From positions 62,001-126,000 of the IMG/VR virus record IMGVR_UViG_3300027892_000017: a stretch of 64,000 nt of DNA; one strand, given 5' to 3'. Both the position numbers and the translations under genes were made by a program. Positions within the stretch are counted from its first letter, which is position 1. Each line of letters opens with the position of its first letter. Below are positions 41,858 through 50,897 of this stretch, in pieces. This DNA comes from an uncultured virus (IMG/VR IMGVR_UViG_3300027892_000017). Lineage: Duplodnaviria; Heunggongvirae; Uroviricota; Caudoviricetes. The notes under the pieces were generated by a model that was not told where the DNA came from, searched no databases, and saw only the letters and a program-made list of their open reading frames with translations.

Positions 41858-42519
41858 TTAATATGGTTTGATGCCATTGGAAACACTTCTGCAATGACTC
41901 GTCCGCACTCGCGAGCAACCAGCTGATGTTCTAACTGTGTGCCGTTTGCACTTCGCAATTCAATAAAGTGAATCCAACTACGCAAAGTACCGTTCATGTA
42001 CAAGCGACTTACTGTATTACCTTCTGGTAAAATAGCACGAGCCTGTTCTTTAGCAATACCTTTAGAAATAGCTTCTGCGTATGTTTGTTTAACAGTTTCA
42101 ATAATAAACTTTTGCTTGGCATCCCACCACGCTTGCAATTCAACGTCATCAGTTACAACAGAATTTTGACGATTTGTTGTATCTTGCAGACGTGCCTCAC
42201 GTATGACAAAGTCCAAGTCTTTAGTAGGATCCGCATAGCGTTGACTGAACTCTTGGAAACTAAAACTACGGTGTCTTAAAATTTGCCTTGCAATATCACG
42301 TGTGGTTTCAATTTCTAAACAAGCACTTACCATTTCGAGCGGACTCCAATGTTGATGCTTGATTAGATAGTTGATTAATTTCTCACTAGTTTCTGTATTG
42401 AATTGATTAGCTGGGTTACTTACTCTTGCACAAAAGGCAATAAGCTCTTGTGCATCGTAAATACCTTCATTTACCATTTCTCTACTGGCTTTACTTGATG
42501 ATATTAATTTAACTTTCAT
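41854..42519 (-). CDS. thyX: FAD-dependent thymidylate synthase
   Basis: HWSPLE and RQILRHRSFSFQEFSQRY ThyX motif. Confidence 0.96.
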   Translation of the reverse strand: MKVKLISSSKASREMVNEGIYDAQELIAFCARVSNPANQFNTETSEKLINYLIKHQHWSPLEMVSACLEIETTRDIARQILRHRSFSFQEFSQRYADPTKDLDFVIREARLQDTTNRQNSVVTDDVELQAWWDAKQKFIIETVKQTYAEAISKGIAKEQARAILPEGNTVSRLYMNGTLRSWIHFIELRSANGTQLEHQLVARECGRVIAEVFPMASNHIN

Positions 42520-42833
42520 TATAATTTTCTTTTCTTAAGGAATTTTGAAGTACCTTGGATTATATCACTTTTTAATTTTTCAGTATTAAGTTTAAAATCT
42601 ACATTTTCAATTTCGTCTTGATATTGTGCAAATAATTCGTGAATATTTTTCTCAACATCTTGCCAAGTCATTTCTTCTTTTTTAGAAGAAATATCAATGT
42701 CCCAGGTCTTCTTATCTTTAAAATGTATCTGAATAGAGTGTAAGTATTTTAAGGGAACTACATTTAACTGTATCCCTTCAAATACTTCGGGCCATCGTTC
42801 AATAACATCCTTTGAAAGTTTCTTGGATGTCAT
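42519..42833 (-). CDS. Hypothetical protein
   Basis: Translationally coupled ORF in the - strand gene run. Confidence 0.6.
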   Translation of the reverse strand: MTSKKLSKDVIERWPEVFEGIQLNVVPLKYLHSIQIHFKDKKTWDIDISSKKEEMTWQDVEKNIHELFAQYQDEIENVDFKLNTEKLKSDIIQGTSKFLKKRKL

Positions 42834-43435
42834 TTTTTCTTAGTCGGTACCAAGTCCTCTGCTAGTCTACGAAATTGTGCAGCTTCTTTTGCCAACTTAT
42901 CTGCTTGACTGCGATAACGTTTGGCAACGATCTCTGGCGTATCTCCTTCAACCGGCGCAGTAGCATCAACCTTTGGAGCAACTGATGGAACTTCATTTAC
43001 TGTTGCAATCTCTACCACTTCAGCAAGTTGAGTAGATTTTCCACCTGGTGGTTTGATTGCTAAATCGTCAACTGCAACATTACGCTGTTCAGCAATGATA
43101 ATGTTTAACTTATCTAATCTTACTTTGGCAGAAAAGTTTGGAATCATTTCAATTGCATCAGTTGCAACTTTAATCAATTTACCTTGGGTGTGTAATGCGG
43201 CAAGCATAATGCTACCATCTGGGAATTGCTGACGTGCAAGAACTTCTGCAAATTCATTTGCCGATTGAGCAGCAGAAGACTCGACAATGCTAATAAGTGC
43301 ATCGTGTTGTGATTCTGGTAAATTTTCTGTTGGGATTACTAGGCAGCTATATGCATCGCCAGGAAGTGTTCTATATGCTACTAAACACTTTCTGCCAGAA
43401 TCAATAAACCTAGCTACGTGTTTTAAATCAACCAT
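42830..43435 (-). CDS. Hypothetical protein
   Basis: 201 aa coupled ORF with a coiled-coil-like C-terminus. Confidence 0.65.
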   Translation of the reverse strand: MVDLKHVARFIDSGRKCLVAYRTLPGDAYSCLVIPTENLPESQHDALISIVESSAAQSANEFAEVLARQQFPDGSIMLAALHTQGKLIKVATDAIEMIPNFSAKVRLDKLNIIIAEQRNVAVDDLAIKPPGGKSTQLAEVVEIATVNEVPSVAPKVDATAPVEGDTPEIVAKRYRSQADKLAKEAAQFRRLAEDLVPTKKK

Positions 43436-43658
43436 TTGTTTGTTGTCCTTTTGCGGCTACTTGAGCTAAGAAGTTTGATAATTTATTATAAACCTTACCA
43501 ACAGCTTCCATTTCGTTTGCCTTAAATGCACCGCGTGAACTTGCGATGTCGATGATCTGCTTCATAGAGTTTAGATCATTAATTGTTAAATCGTTGTCAG
43601 GTGCTTGTGCGGTTTCTGGCGCAGTTTCCTGGACTTGTTCTTTAGTTTGTTCAGTCAT
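43428..43658 (-). CDS. Hypothetical protein
   Basis: AAGGAG RBS; IDIASSRGAFKANEM..VG..Y motif. Confidence 0.7.
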   Translation of the reverse strand: MTEQTKEQVQETAPETAQAPDNDLTINDLNSMKQIIDIASSRGAFKANEMEAVGKVYNKLSNFLAQVAAKGQQTNG

Positions 43659-43668
43659 AGTATCTCCT

Positions 43669-43696
43669 TAATAACGACATTGTGATGTCGTTATTA
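43669..43696. promoter_or_regulatory. Perfect 12-bp hairpin abutting an RBS
   Basis: TAATAACGACAT-tgtg-ATGTCGTTATTA. Confidence 0.65.
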
Positions 43697-43720
43697 TATA
43701 GCCGTATTATATTTTAGGAG

Positions 43721-43999
43721 TTACAGATTTGAATATGCGAGCAAGAAAAAACTAATCTCTTTTTCTTGCTCAAATCCAACTTTTGTGACATAGATGATAG
43801 AGTTAGTTGAATCTAGCTCAATACCTTGCCCAACATAATATCTGCCGTTCAAGTTATTGAAGATCCAACTATCTATTGTTTTTACATAAGTGGGATTGTA
43901 CTTGGGTACAGTCATGTAATAGAAATGGTGAGCGGGAAAGTCCACTCTCCTTAGATCCAACAAATTTAGAGGATTTGGTTTACCATTTTTTATTGCCAT
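43721..43999 (-). CDS. Hypothetical protein
   Basis: 92 aa ORF with a GAGAG RBS-like sequence. Confidence 0.6.
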   Translation of the reverse strand: MAIKNGKPNPLNLLDLRRVDFPAHHFYYMTVPKYNPTYVKTIDSWIFNNLNGRYYVGQGIELDSTNSIIYVTKVGFEQEKEISFFLLAYSNL

Positions 44000-44008
44000 C
44001 TCACTCTC

Positions 44009-45187
44009 TTATTTAAACTCGTAATAAGCGTGAGAACCAAATGGTGGAACAATAGAATCATTTCCGTGAATAATGAATAGCGTATCGCAGTAATTTTCAT
44101 CACCCCATGAGTCCCAAGGATATCCATCAGTAAACATGATAAACTTTTTAGGATTGATATCGTATTTCTTCATGTATTCCCAATTGGCATCAAAGTCTGT
44201 GCCGCCGCCGCCTTTAACTTCGTAATTGAGAATATCTTCACCGCTGTATCCGTCAAAGTCTTGTTCGTTATATACTTTGGTATCAAAACACCATAATTTA
44301 ATTTTATAGTCTTTGTACTCGTCCATAATGCCTTTGACTTCACTAATAAAGTCTTTTGCTTGATCATCTCCAATAGAACCACTCATGTCAATAGCAATAG
44401 CAACATCAATTGTTTCGTCAAATTTCATACCAGGCAAAATAGCACCTGACATTTGACCTTTGCGACTTGGACGTGCAAAAGTGTAATCGTTTTTAATTAA
44501 ACTTTGAATTTGTTGACGCAACAGTTCACGCCAATTCATTTTAGGTTCTGTAAGTTCCTTAATCATACGTGCAATATTGGCCGGGGTATTACCTGCACCA
44601 GCCGCATTTGCAGCCTGCATAGTAGCTTCACGGATTTCATCACGGATTTGTTTAAGTTCTTCTTTTGTATATTGCGGACGGCTTTCTCCGTCTTTAGGAT
44701 CTTTTTCCCAGTCAATATGTTCGTCAAGTAACTCGCCTAATGCGGCAAGTTCTTGTTCGTCCATGCTGTCATAAATCTCGTCATATACTTGTTCTGCACT
44801 CTTACCATAATGTTTTGGATCATGAAAGATTTTAATTTCTGGAGGCTGTTCTCCAATACGGTCACGAATCAATTGTCCGTTAACACAATAGTCTGCGGCA
44901 ATATTAAAAATACGTGCATCGCGTCCTTCACGTCGGCCCATATGGTCAAAAACGTTATGAAGAATTTCGTGTGCAACGACAAACTCTACTTGCTTAGTAG
45001 TGAGGGTTTCAAAAAACGAACGACTGTAAAATAGATTGCGACCATCAGTTGCCGCAGTTTTACACCAGTCGCTGGCGTCTACAACCTTAAGGCGTGTTGC
45101 CATATTTCCAAAAAATGGATGGCGAAGAAGTAAGCCCACACGAGCTACGATAATTTTGTCTACTACGGGGTCTAGACTGTGTTGCAT
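44009..45187 (-). CDS. VWA-like / HExxH metallopeptidase protein (DUF2201 type)
   Basis: TAATDG, AHEILH, and MIDAS residues DMSGS...GGGGTDF...FTDG. Confidence 0.9.
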   Translation of the reverse strand: MQHSLDPVVDKIIVARVGLLLRHPFFGNMATRLKVVDASDWCKTAATDGRNLFYSRSFFETLTTKQVEFVVAHEILHNVFDHMGRREGRDARIFNIAADYCVNGQLIRDRIGEQPPEIKIFHDPKHYGKSAEQVYDEIYDSMDEQELAALGELLDEHIDWEKDPKDGESRPQYTKEELKQIRDEIREATMQAANAAGAGNTPANIARMIKELTEPKMNWRELLRQQIQSLIKNDYTFARPSRKGQMSGAILPGMKFDETIDVAIAIDMSGSIGDDQAKDFISEVKGIMDEYKDYKIKLWCFDTKVYNEQDFDGYSGEDILNYEVKGGGGTDFDANWEYMKKYDINPKKFIMFTDGYPWDSWGDENYCDTLFIIHGNDSIVPPFGSHAYYEFK

Positions 45188-45215
45188 GTTCTGCTCCTAA
45201 GTTGCTATAGTATAT

Positions 45216-45244
45216 ATTATAACACCGCCCGAAGGCGGTGTCAA
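45216..45244 (-). promoter_or_regulatory. Consensus sigma70 promoter whose spacer is a cUUCGg hairpin
   Basis: - strand reads TTGACA-CCGCCTTCGGGCGGTGT-TATAAT (17-nt spacer); the stem is ACACCGCC/GGCGGTGT. Confidence 0.85.
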
Positions 45245-45254
45245 TCGGTTTATT

Positions 45255-46346
45255 TTAACGTTTTTCCGTTGCAGCCGAAATATACTTACCAAATTTGGCA
45301 TGGAAATCATCAAAGCATTTAATCTCATCCGGATCCAGAGGCAAATTGTATTGGGTAAGAGCAAGTTTAGTACTCATAATAACCAATTCAGTTTCAAAGT
45401 TATTCATAATGAATTCAAAGAAACAGTTAACTTGATCGTTCCAATTTTTAGCATTCTTGTCGCTAGAATCTTTAAGTTCATAGCACAAACTAACAGCTAA
45501 TGAATACATTGCAGAAATCTCTTTTGAATCCATCTTTTTAACTTTGCCAGTCAAAATATCAGTTGGATTTGGCATCTTGCTAGCAACCTTGCGGTGCGCC
45601 ATAAACTTAATAGCAAGGCCTTCACCAACTGCTCCAGAGATCAAGTCAGTCAGTGTGTTTTCATCAGTATCGTCATCTTCAAGCAATTCGCTTACAAATG
45701 TCCAGCTACGTGGAGTAGCAAATGCACGACTTGAACTTTTTGGATCAAAATCGTACAAGTCCTTTTTAGAGAATGTCAAAAAGCCAACAACGTCTTTATG
45801 AATACGATTTTCTGTAGCCCAAAAACTGTAGTCTTCCCAGTCTACACGCATTTCCAAATGCAAGAAGCGATTAGCCAACGGAGCGGGCATACGATAAGTT
45901 ACACCCTTATCTGCTTCGCGATTACCCGCCGCAACAATGAGAACGTTATCTGGAAGTTCGTAAGTACCAACTTTACGATTCAAAATAAGTTGATAAGCTG
46001 CCGCTTGTACTGCTGGCGGAGCAGAGTTCATTTCATCCATGAACAGGATAATTTGTTTGTGATTTTTAGCAAACTCTTTGCTAGGCAATTCGCCTGGGGG
46101 AGCCCAAACCATTGTGTTAGCGTTTGAATCAAAATATGGAATACCTTTAATATCAGTAGGTTCCCAAAGTGACAAACGAACGTCAATTACATGAGCGTCC
46201 ATATCTTCGCCAAGTTGCTTGACAATATCGGATTTACCAATACCGGGAGGACCCCATAGGAACAAAGGACGCCGTTTTGCAAATCCTTTGCTAATAGCTT
46301 TTTTGGCTGCTTTTGGGCCAACTGTACGTGAAATAATCTCGCTCAT
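45255..46346 (-). CDS. MoxR-like AAA+ ATPase
   Basis: Walker A GPPGIGKS, Walker B LFMDE, AAGNR, LANRF, TPRSW; adjacent to the VWA gene. Confidence 0.92.
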   Translation of the reverse strand: MSEIISRTVGPKAAKKAISKGFAKRRPLFLWGPPGIGKSDIVKQLGEDMDAHVIDVRLSLWEPTDIKGIPYFDSNANTMVWAPPGELPSKEFAKNHKQIILFMDEMNSAPPAVQAAAYQLILNRKVGTYELPDNVLIVAAGNREADKGVTYRMPAPLANRFLHLEMRVDWEDYSFWATENRIHKDVVGFLTFSKKDLYDFDPKSSSRAFATPRSWTFVSELLEDDDTDENTLTDLISGAVGEGLAIKFMAHRKVASKMPNPTDILTGKVKKMDSKEISAMYSLAVSLCYELKDSSDKNAKNWNDQVNCFFEFIMNNFETELVIMSTKLALTQYNLPLDPDEIKCFDDFHAKFGKYISAATEKR

Positions 46347-46397
46347 TTAATGTTCCAATCTTAAGTTGAGGGTTGTTGTTTAACTGTCTATGTATGT

Positions 46398-46426
46398 ATT
46401 ATACGGCAATTCCACAACAAAGTCAA
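46398..46426 (-). promoter_or_regulatory. Sigma70 promoter TTGACT-N17-TATAAT
   Basis: Intergenic, upstream of the AAA gene. Confidence 0.85.
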
Positions 46427-46442
46427 TAGGAAATTGGTTAAA

Positions 46443-46832
46443 TCACTCAGATTCTTTTCGTGAATTAATGGCTTTTATAAGTCCGTACTTGCGGATGTCG
46501 TCCGAAAACAACATTAGTTCGAACGCTTTTTTCTCGGAAAAAACGGTTATACTCTGATTGGTCAGATAGTACGGACAATCGATAAATTGATCAAAAAATA
46601 TGATCGTTTGTGGACTTAGCTCCACATGCTCAGTGAAAGGGATTTCGTATTCTTTTAAGTCTAAGACTGATGTTACATGTTCGTATCCAGCATCAGTAAG
46701 GCGTAAGCCGCCTTTGTCTTTTGTTCTAGTGTTTTGCCACCACATTCTGTGATGTATTTTTACATTAGCTTCATCTAAGGATTTTTCTTGTTCTTTTAAA
46801 AAAATCTTAGTGTAGGCCAGTGAATTGATCAT
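46443..46832 (-). CDS. Hypothetical protein
   Basis: 129 aa coupled ORF with a GLRLTDAG motif. Confidence 0.65.
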   Translation of the reverse strand: MINSLAYTKIFLKEQEKSLDEANVKIHHRMWWQNTRTKDKGGLRLTDAGYEHVTSVLDLKEYEIPFTEHVELSPQTIIFFDQFIDCPYYLTNQSITVFSEKKAFELMLFSDDIRKYGLIKAINSRKESE

Positions 46833-47113
46833 TTCAATACTTGACCAGTTGTTAGAACTGTTACTTGGAAATCACTGCATCCAAAAGTTAAGTTCAATTT
46901 TTTTGCCAAATTAATAGCATGGCCTGGATTACTAAATGCAACTTTCTTGTACTTAGGACCTGGATAACTTGTAATATTGCTAAAGCTCTTTAAATTAAAA
47001 GGTGCACCTTTATAGAAGACAGCCCAGATGGCATCAGCTTCTAAAACCTGTTCACATTTGTAATTTTTCTTATTAACATGCTCTAACAGTACCTTTGGTT
47101 TTGGTCGACTCAT
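46829..47113 (-). CDS. Hypothetical protein (start reassigned to MSRPKP)
   Basis: GAGGA RBS lies upstream of the ATG at 47113. Confidence 0.7.
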   Translation of the reverse strand: MSRPKPKVLLEHVNKKNYKCEQVLEADAIWAVFYKGAPFNLKSFSNITSYPGPKYKKVAFSNPGHAINLAKKLNLTFGCSDFQVTVLTTGQVLK

Positions 47114-47145
47114 ATATGCGTTCCTCAAATATACGCATATATTTA
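47112..47145 (-). promoter_or_regulatory. Late promoter overlapping a start-codon-occluding hairpin
   Basis: TAAATA at 47145-47140; 10-bp stem 47142-47133 / 47121-47112 encloses GAGGA and covers part of the ATG. Confidence 0.7.
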
Positions 47146-47153
47146 TCCTATAA

Positions 47154-47396
47154 CTAGTCTTTAAAACCGCCCCCGTCAAGCTCAACAGTGACGGTATCGT
47201 TGGTAGATTGCTTTAAAATGTGTAAAAGATTTTCATAATCTTGCGTTAGCTTACTAGTTACTTCGCCAAGAGTGAATGCTAGCAATTTAGCAGTCCTAAT
47301 GTCCAGTTTTACTTCTTTTTGCTGGCTCATATCAGCCATTTTTACTTGTTGAATGAATTGCTGTAAAGGTATTGTATTAATTGGATTATTTGACAT
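47154..47396 (-). CDS. Hypothetical protein
   Basis: 80 aa ORF in the operon. Confidence 0.6.
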   Translation of the reverse strand: MSNNPINTIPLQQFIQQVKMADMSQQKEVKLDIRTAKLLAFTLGEVTSKLTQDYENLLHILKQSTNDTVTVELDGGGFKD

Positions 47397-47859
47397 TTGC
47401 CAATACCTCTTTAGATTCTTCTTCAGTTAAGTATGGACCTGAAAACTCATAACGTTCAATAGTAATTAATTTTGGACAAAAACTACGTACCCAATTTTTA
47501 GGAAATTTAATTACATAATGACCAGCACAAAATAAACTTTTACTTTGATTACTTTTAGTAAACAAGGGTAGCTTGCGTCTAACATCATACATTGAGTTGT
47601 ACGGTTTCCATTTAGTTGGATAACCGTGACACTCATTTTCATTACTATGTGAAACAGTTGTCTTAATTCCTTTTAAGAAAAAGTTATCACCAAATTTCTT
47701 TGTAATTTCTGATTTTTTACTAAAGTAAAGTTCACCGTTTTTAGCACTCAACATATATTTGTTGTTTTCGTTTTTATGTAGAGTCCCAACACGTTCGCCG
47801 TCTTGTTCAACTACCCACAGCTTGCCATCTACGATTGGCTTAGCATGAAGATCTGTCAT
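47386..47859 (-). CDS. Hypothetical protein
   Basis: 157 aa coupled ORF. Confidence 0.65.
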   Translation of the reverse strand: MTDLHAKPIVDGKLWVVEQDGERVGTLHKNENNKYMLSAKNGELYFSKKSEITKKFGDNFFLKGIKTTVSHSNENECHGYPTKWKPYNSMYDVRRKLPLFTKSNQSKSLFCAGHYVIKFPKNWVRSFCPKLITIERYEFSGPYLTEEESKEVLANVK

Positions 47860-48035
47860 ATGATTTTTACCTTAACTTTAAATTTCTCAATTTCATCTTT
47901 GAGGTGTAACTTTTCTTTTTTAAGATCAGTCACGTTTTCATGATGCGCTTCTAACTTAGTAATTTGTTCATCAAGGATGTCATGTTTTTCCTGCAAATGT
48001 GCAATGTGATGCTCTAGTTTTTCTCTAGTAATCAT
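47856..48035 (-). CDS. YdcH/DUF465-like small coiled-coil protein (absent from the ORF track)
   Basis: Manual translation gives MITREKLEHHIAHLQEKHDILDEQITKLEAHHENVTDLKKEKLHLKDEIEKFKVKVKII (59 aa), with ATGA overlaps at both ends. Confidence 0.8.
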   Translation of the reverse strand: MITREKLEHHIAHLQEKHDILDEQITKLEAHHENVTDLKKEKLHLKDEIEKFKVKVKII

Positions 48036-48697
48036 TCAGGCTCCTTTAAAAGTCCTCTCCATGAGACTACATGTTCGTCACTCCATTGAACGCCGTCCCA
48101 TTGTGCATAACTTGGAAACGGCCAATTTGGAATGTTGCTTGATGTTACTTGATATGCCCCCTGTCTTGCTGGATTAATGCTTACTGGAAACCAATCAGTA
48201 ACTTCGGGTTCTTCATGAAATTCTTCTGATGCTTCTTCTAATGTTTCGTTTGCAACTGGTGCATCTTCGTCAGGCTCACCTTTAAATACTTCACCAGTAT
48301 CTTCATTGGTAAGTTCCAATGGACCATAGTAATAGTACTCTGTATCGTCACACTGCCAACCTAAATTTTCCACACCATCAAAAGAATCTTCTTCCCACGC
48401 TGTGATAAATTCTTCAACATCTTCCTCAGATGCTTTGCCGTTACCATCTTCGATATCGCACCAGCATCCGTCAATCATATCCCACATTTCCCACGATTCA
48501 TCGTTATCAATACAGCTTAATTCGTAACCGTCTTCGTTTTTGAGTTCATCATTGGTAAGCGGTTGTTCGTCAGATTCTACAGTAAATGTAGCCCAGCGAT
48601 ATCCTTGCTCAATAGTGATGACCTTACCTTCTTTGTAGAAAAACATTTTTTCTACGGCCGATTTTTTATATTGTGGAGATAGTTTCCAAATAGCCAT
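48032..48697 (-). CDS. Highly acidic hypothetical protein
   Basis: AAGGAG RBS; D/E-rich body with a small Trp-rich C-terminal domain. Confidence 0.65.
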   Translation of the reverse strand: MAIWKLSPQYKKSAVEKMFFYKEGKVITIEQGYRWATFTVESDEQPLTNDELKNEDGYELSCIDNDESWEMWDMIDGCWCDIEDGNGKASEEDVEEFITAWEEDSFDGVENLGWQCDDTEYYYYGPLELTNEDTGEVFKGEPDEDAPVANETLEEASEEFHEEPEVTDWFPVSINPARQGAYQVTSSNIPNWPFPSYAQWDGVQWSDEHVVSWRGLLKEPE

Positions 48698-48708
48698 TTG
48701 ATAACTCC

Positions 48709-48900
48709 TTAATTATCTAATTCCATTGCGTTGTACTCTTTAACTACAGCAAGTACTTCTTCTTCTGTATTGCATACAATCTTAGAATTTTTCCATTCGT
48801 TGTCATTATCACGACCGCCAACTTCTACCATCCAACCATTGTCGTAACGGTTGATTGTAATTGATTCATTTACTTTTGCTAGTTTGCTTAGTTTTGCCAT
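48709..48900 (-). CDS. Hypothetical protein
   Basis: 63 aa with a GGAG RBS. Confidence 0.6.
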   Translation of the reverse strand: MAKLSKLAKVNESITINRYDNGWMVEVGGRDNDNEWKNSKIVCNTEEEVLAVVKEYNAMELDN

Positions 48901-48901
48901 T

Positions 48902-49903
48902 TTATTTCTCCTGTTGTAATTTACGCCATGTTACCGCTGACTCAGGGTAACGTGATTGGAATGGTTCTGCATATTGTGTAATGTTGTCAGTAATTTTCTT
49001 CAAATCATACAAATTGCAGAACTTTAGCAGTCTAATACCTACTTGATCAATAGATTTAGGAACTGCTTGTGTGTCGATTGTTTCGTTAATTATTGTTCGA
49101 ATTTCTTTAGGTTGTGCAGACAAATCGATCAGTACACGATTTCGTTCATAGTCTTCTAGTACACGATGTTCTTCGCCATTATGGTCAACCCAACGTTGCA
49201 ACATCATATTGTTCCACGCGAAGCCCTTGTCTTTTCGATCATTGTATGCTTCTTGTAGTTTGTTTACACGCACCTTAGGATACGCACTAAACACATTATC
49301 AGTGGGGTCACCACGAATACATTTTTGGAATAGTAACCATTCTGGATTTGGAATTTCTTTATGCTCTTGTGTTTTCTTATCAACTACACGCTTACCTTTA
49401 GCATCAAATATGCCTTCGTGCGTAATAATAGTTTCCATTACACCGTTGTATTGTTTTACATTGGGTGCAATCAATTGTACGAAATCTGTATCTGTTGAAA
49501 TGATAATATGATCATCATTTGGATGACTTTGTATGAAGCCAGCAATCAAATCGTCTGCTTCTAATTGCTGATGTTGTAAAACTGTACAGTTTGTTTTTTC
49601 TGCAATAAACGTTTTAAATGTATCAAACGCTTCCCAAAATACTGTTTCTTCTTCAGCTTCTTTTTCAGTATGTGCGGCACGTGCCTCGCTACGGTTACGT
49701 TTGTACGGAGGATAATGATCTTTGCGCCAGCTACGACCCTCGAGGCAGAACACTACGTGATCGCCACCAAAGTCATTCCAAGCCTTTTTAATACTGTTGA
49801 GAGTAATGTGGAATGCCATACCTAGTTTGATATCAGCACTTCCATTAATCACATGTCTCGCTCTAAAGAACGTATTTGCTGTATCAACTAAAATATATTT
49901 CAT
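48902..49903 (-). CDS. rnh: T4 RNase H-like 5'-3' exonuclease (FEN family)
   Basis: LVD...FFRA, WRK..Y..YKRNR, EADDLI, ISTDTDFVQL, GDPTDNV. Confidence 0.88.
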   Translation of the reverse strand: MKYILVDTANTFFRARHVINGSADIKLGMAFHITLNSIKKAWNDFGGDHVVFCLEGRSWRKDHYPPYKRNRSEARAAHTEKEAEEETVFWEAFDTFKTFIAEKTNCTVLQHQQLEADDLIAGFIQSHPNDDHIIISTDTDFVQLIAPNVKQYNGVMETIITHEGIFDAKGKRVVDKKTQEHKEIPNPEWLLFQKCIRGDPTDNVFSAYPKVRVNKLQEAYNDRKDKGFAWNNMMLQRWVDHNGEEHRVLEDYERNRVLIDLSAQPKEIRTIINETIDTQAVPKSIDQVGIRLLKFCNLYDLKKITDNITQYAEPFQSRYPESAVTWRKLQQEK

Positions 49904-50352
49904 TTTACCTCTGCTTTTCCGTCTGCAAGTTTACTTACGTTAATGTAGCCAGCACCTCTAGAAGCATCCTGACCTTCATCGCTTAATATGTTACGAGCTA
50001 AGTCTCTAAACCAGCGATCCACAATTTCTTCATCTGGATCACCGTCATAACCATATCCTTCTTGCTTTAATTGTACTACAAAAGCAGCGTTCCAGTCAAG
50101 CTCAAAAAAGCCGTTTCTTACATTATCTTTGTTTACATGAGTATCCAAAACGGAAACCCAAGGTTCGCCTTTACGTGTAGCACGTTCTTTTGGAGTCAAT
50201 TTGGCAAGCTCTGCTTTGGCTTCTGCGTCTGCGGCTTCTTTTAATTTTTGTTCTGTTAACTTTTGAGCAACTGCCGCCTCAGCTTTTGCCATTGCTGTTG
50301 CATCTTCAATTGCTTTAATTCCAGTAATTTTCTTTATAAAGTCTTTAATCAT
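49900..50352 (-). CDS. Hypothetical protein
   Basis: 150 aa coupled ORF containing FFELDWN. Confidence 0.65.
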   Translation of the reverse strand: MIKDFIKKITGIKAIEDATAMAKAEAAVAQKLTEQKLKEAADAEAKAELAKLTPKERATRKGEPWVSVLDTHVNKDNVRNGFFELDWNAAFVVQLKQEGYGYDGDPDEEIVDRWFRDLARNILSDEGQDASRGAGYINVSKLADGKAEVK

Positions 50353-50897
50353 TTTATCGTTTCCATATGATATGTTAATGTTTCTAACGGGAATATTGGA
50401 CTAATTTTATTCTCGTAAAATTCTAAATTTGATTCAGCAAATGGTATTAACAATTTTTGGAACCAAGTTTGATCAATTCCTTCGTTAAATGTTTTGCGAT
50501 GCATTTTAAATTTACAAGGACTATATGCATATCTTTCATGATATGTATGTCCTTTTACAAAATAGCTCAATGTATCTACTGTAAAAAAGTGAACATGTGT
50601 TGGATCAACGCAGGCCCATTTACTGCGGAAATACGGCACAATAATAGTAACAGTAGCACCTGGTTTGGTTATGCGATGAATTTCTTCCATTGTTTTAACA
50701 ATGTTGTTTAAATGTTCTAATACATTGTCTAAATGTACAACATCAAACTCACCACTCTCAAACGGCCATGGAAATACATCTAAGTTGTGTACTACATCAG
50801 CACCAACATTTTCGTTAATGTCTACAGTAACAATAGTATCTCCAGGATTTCCTGGACGTTCTTTCTTACCACATCCGAGTACTAGTAATTTTGCCAT
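50349..50897 (-). CDS. SAM-dependent methyltransferase (Methyltransf_11-like)
   Basis: LVLGCG, TVDIN, VLEHL, KPGA. The start MAKLL overlaps the queE stop (TAATG). Confidence 0.85.
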   Translation of the reverse strand: MAKLLVLGCGKKERPGNPGDTIVTVDINENVGADVVHNLDVFPWPFESGEFDVVHLDNVLEHLNNIVKTMEEIHRITKPGATVTIIVPYFRSKWACVDPTHVHFFTVDTLSYFVKGHTYHERYAYSPCKFKMHRKTFNEGIDQTWFQKLLIPFAESNLEFYENKISPIFPLETLTYHMETIK

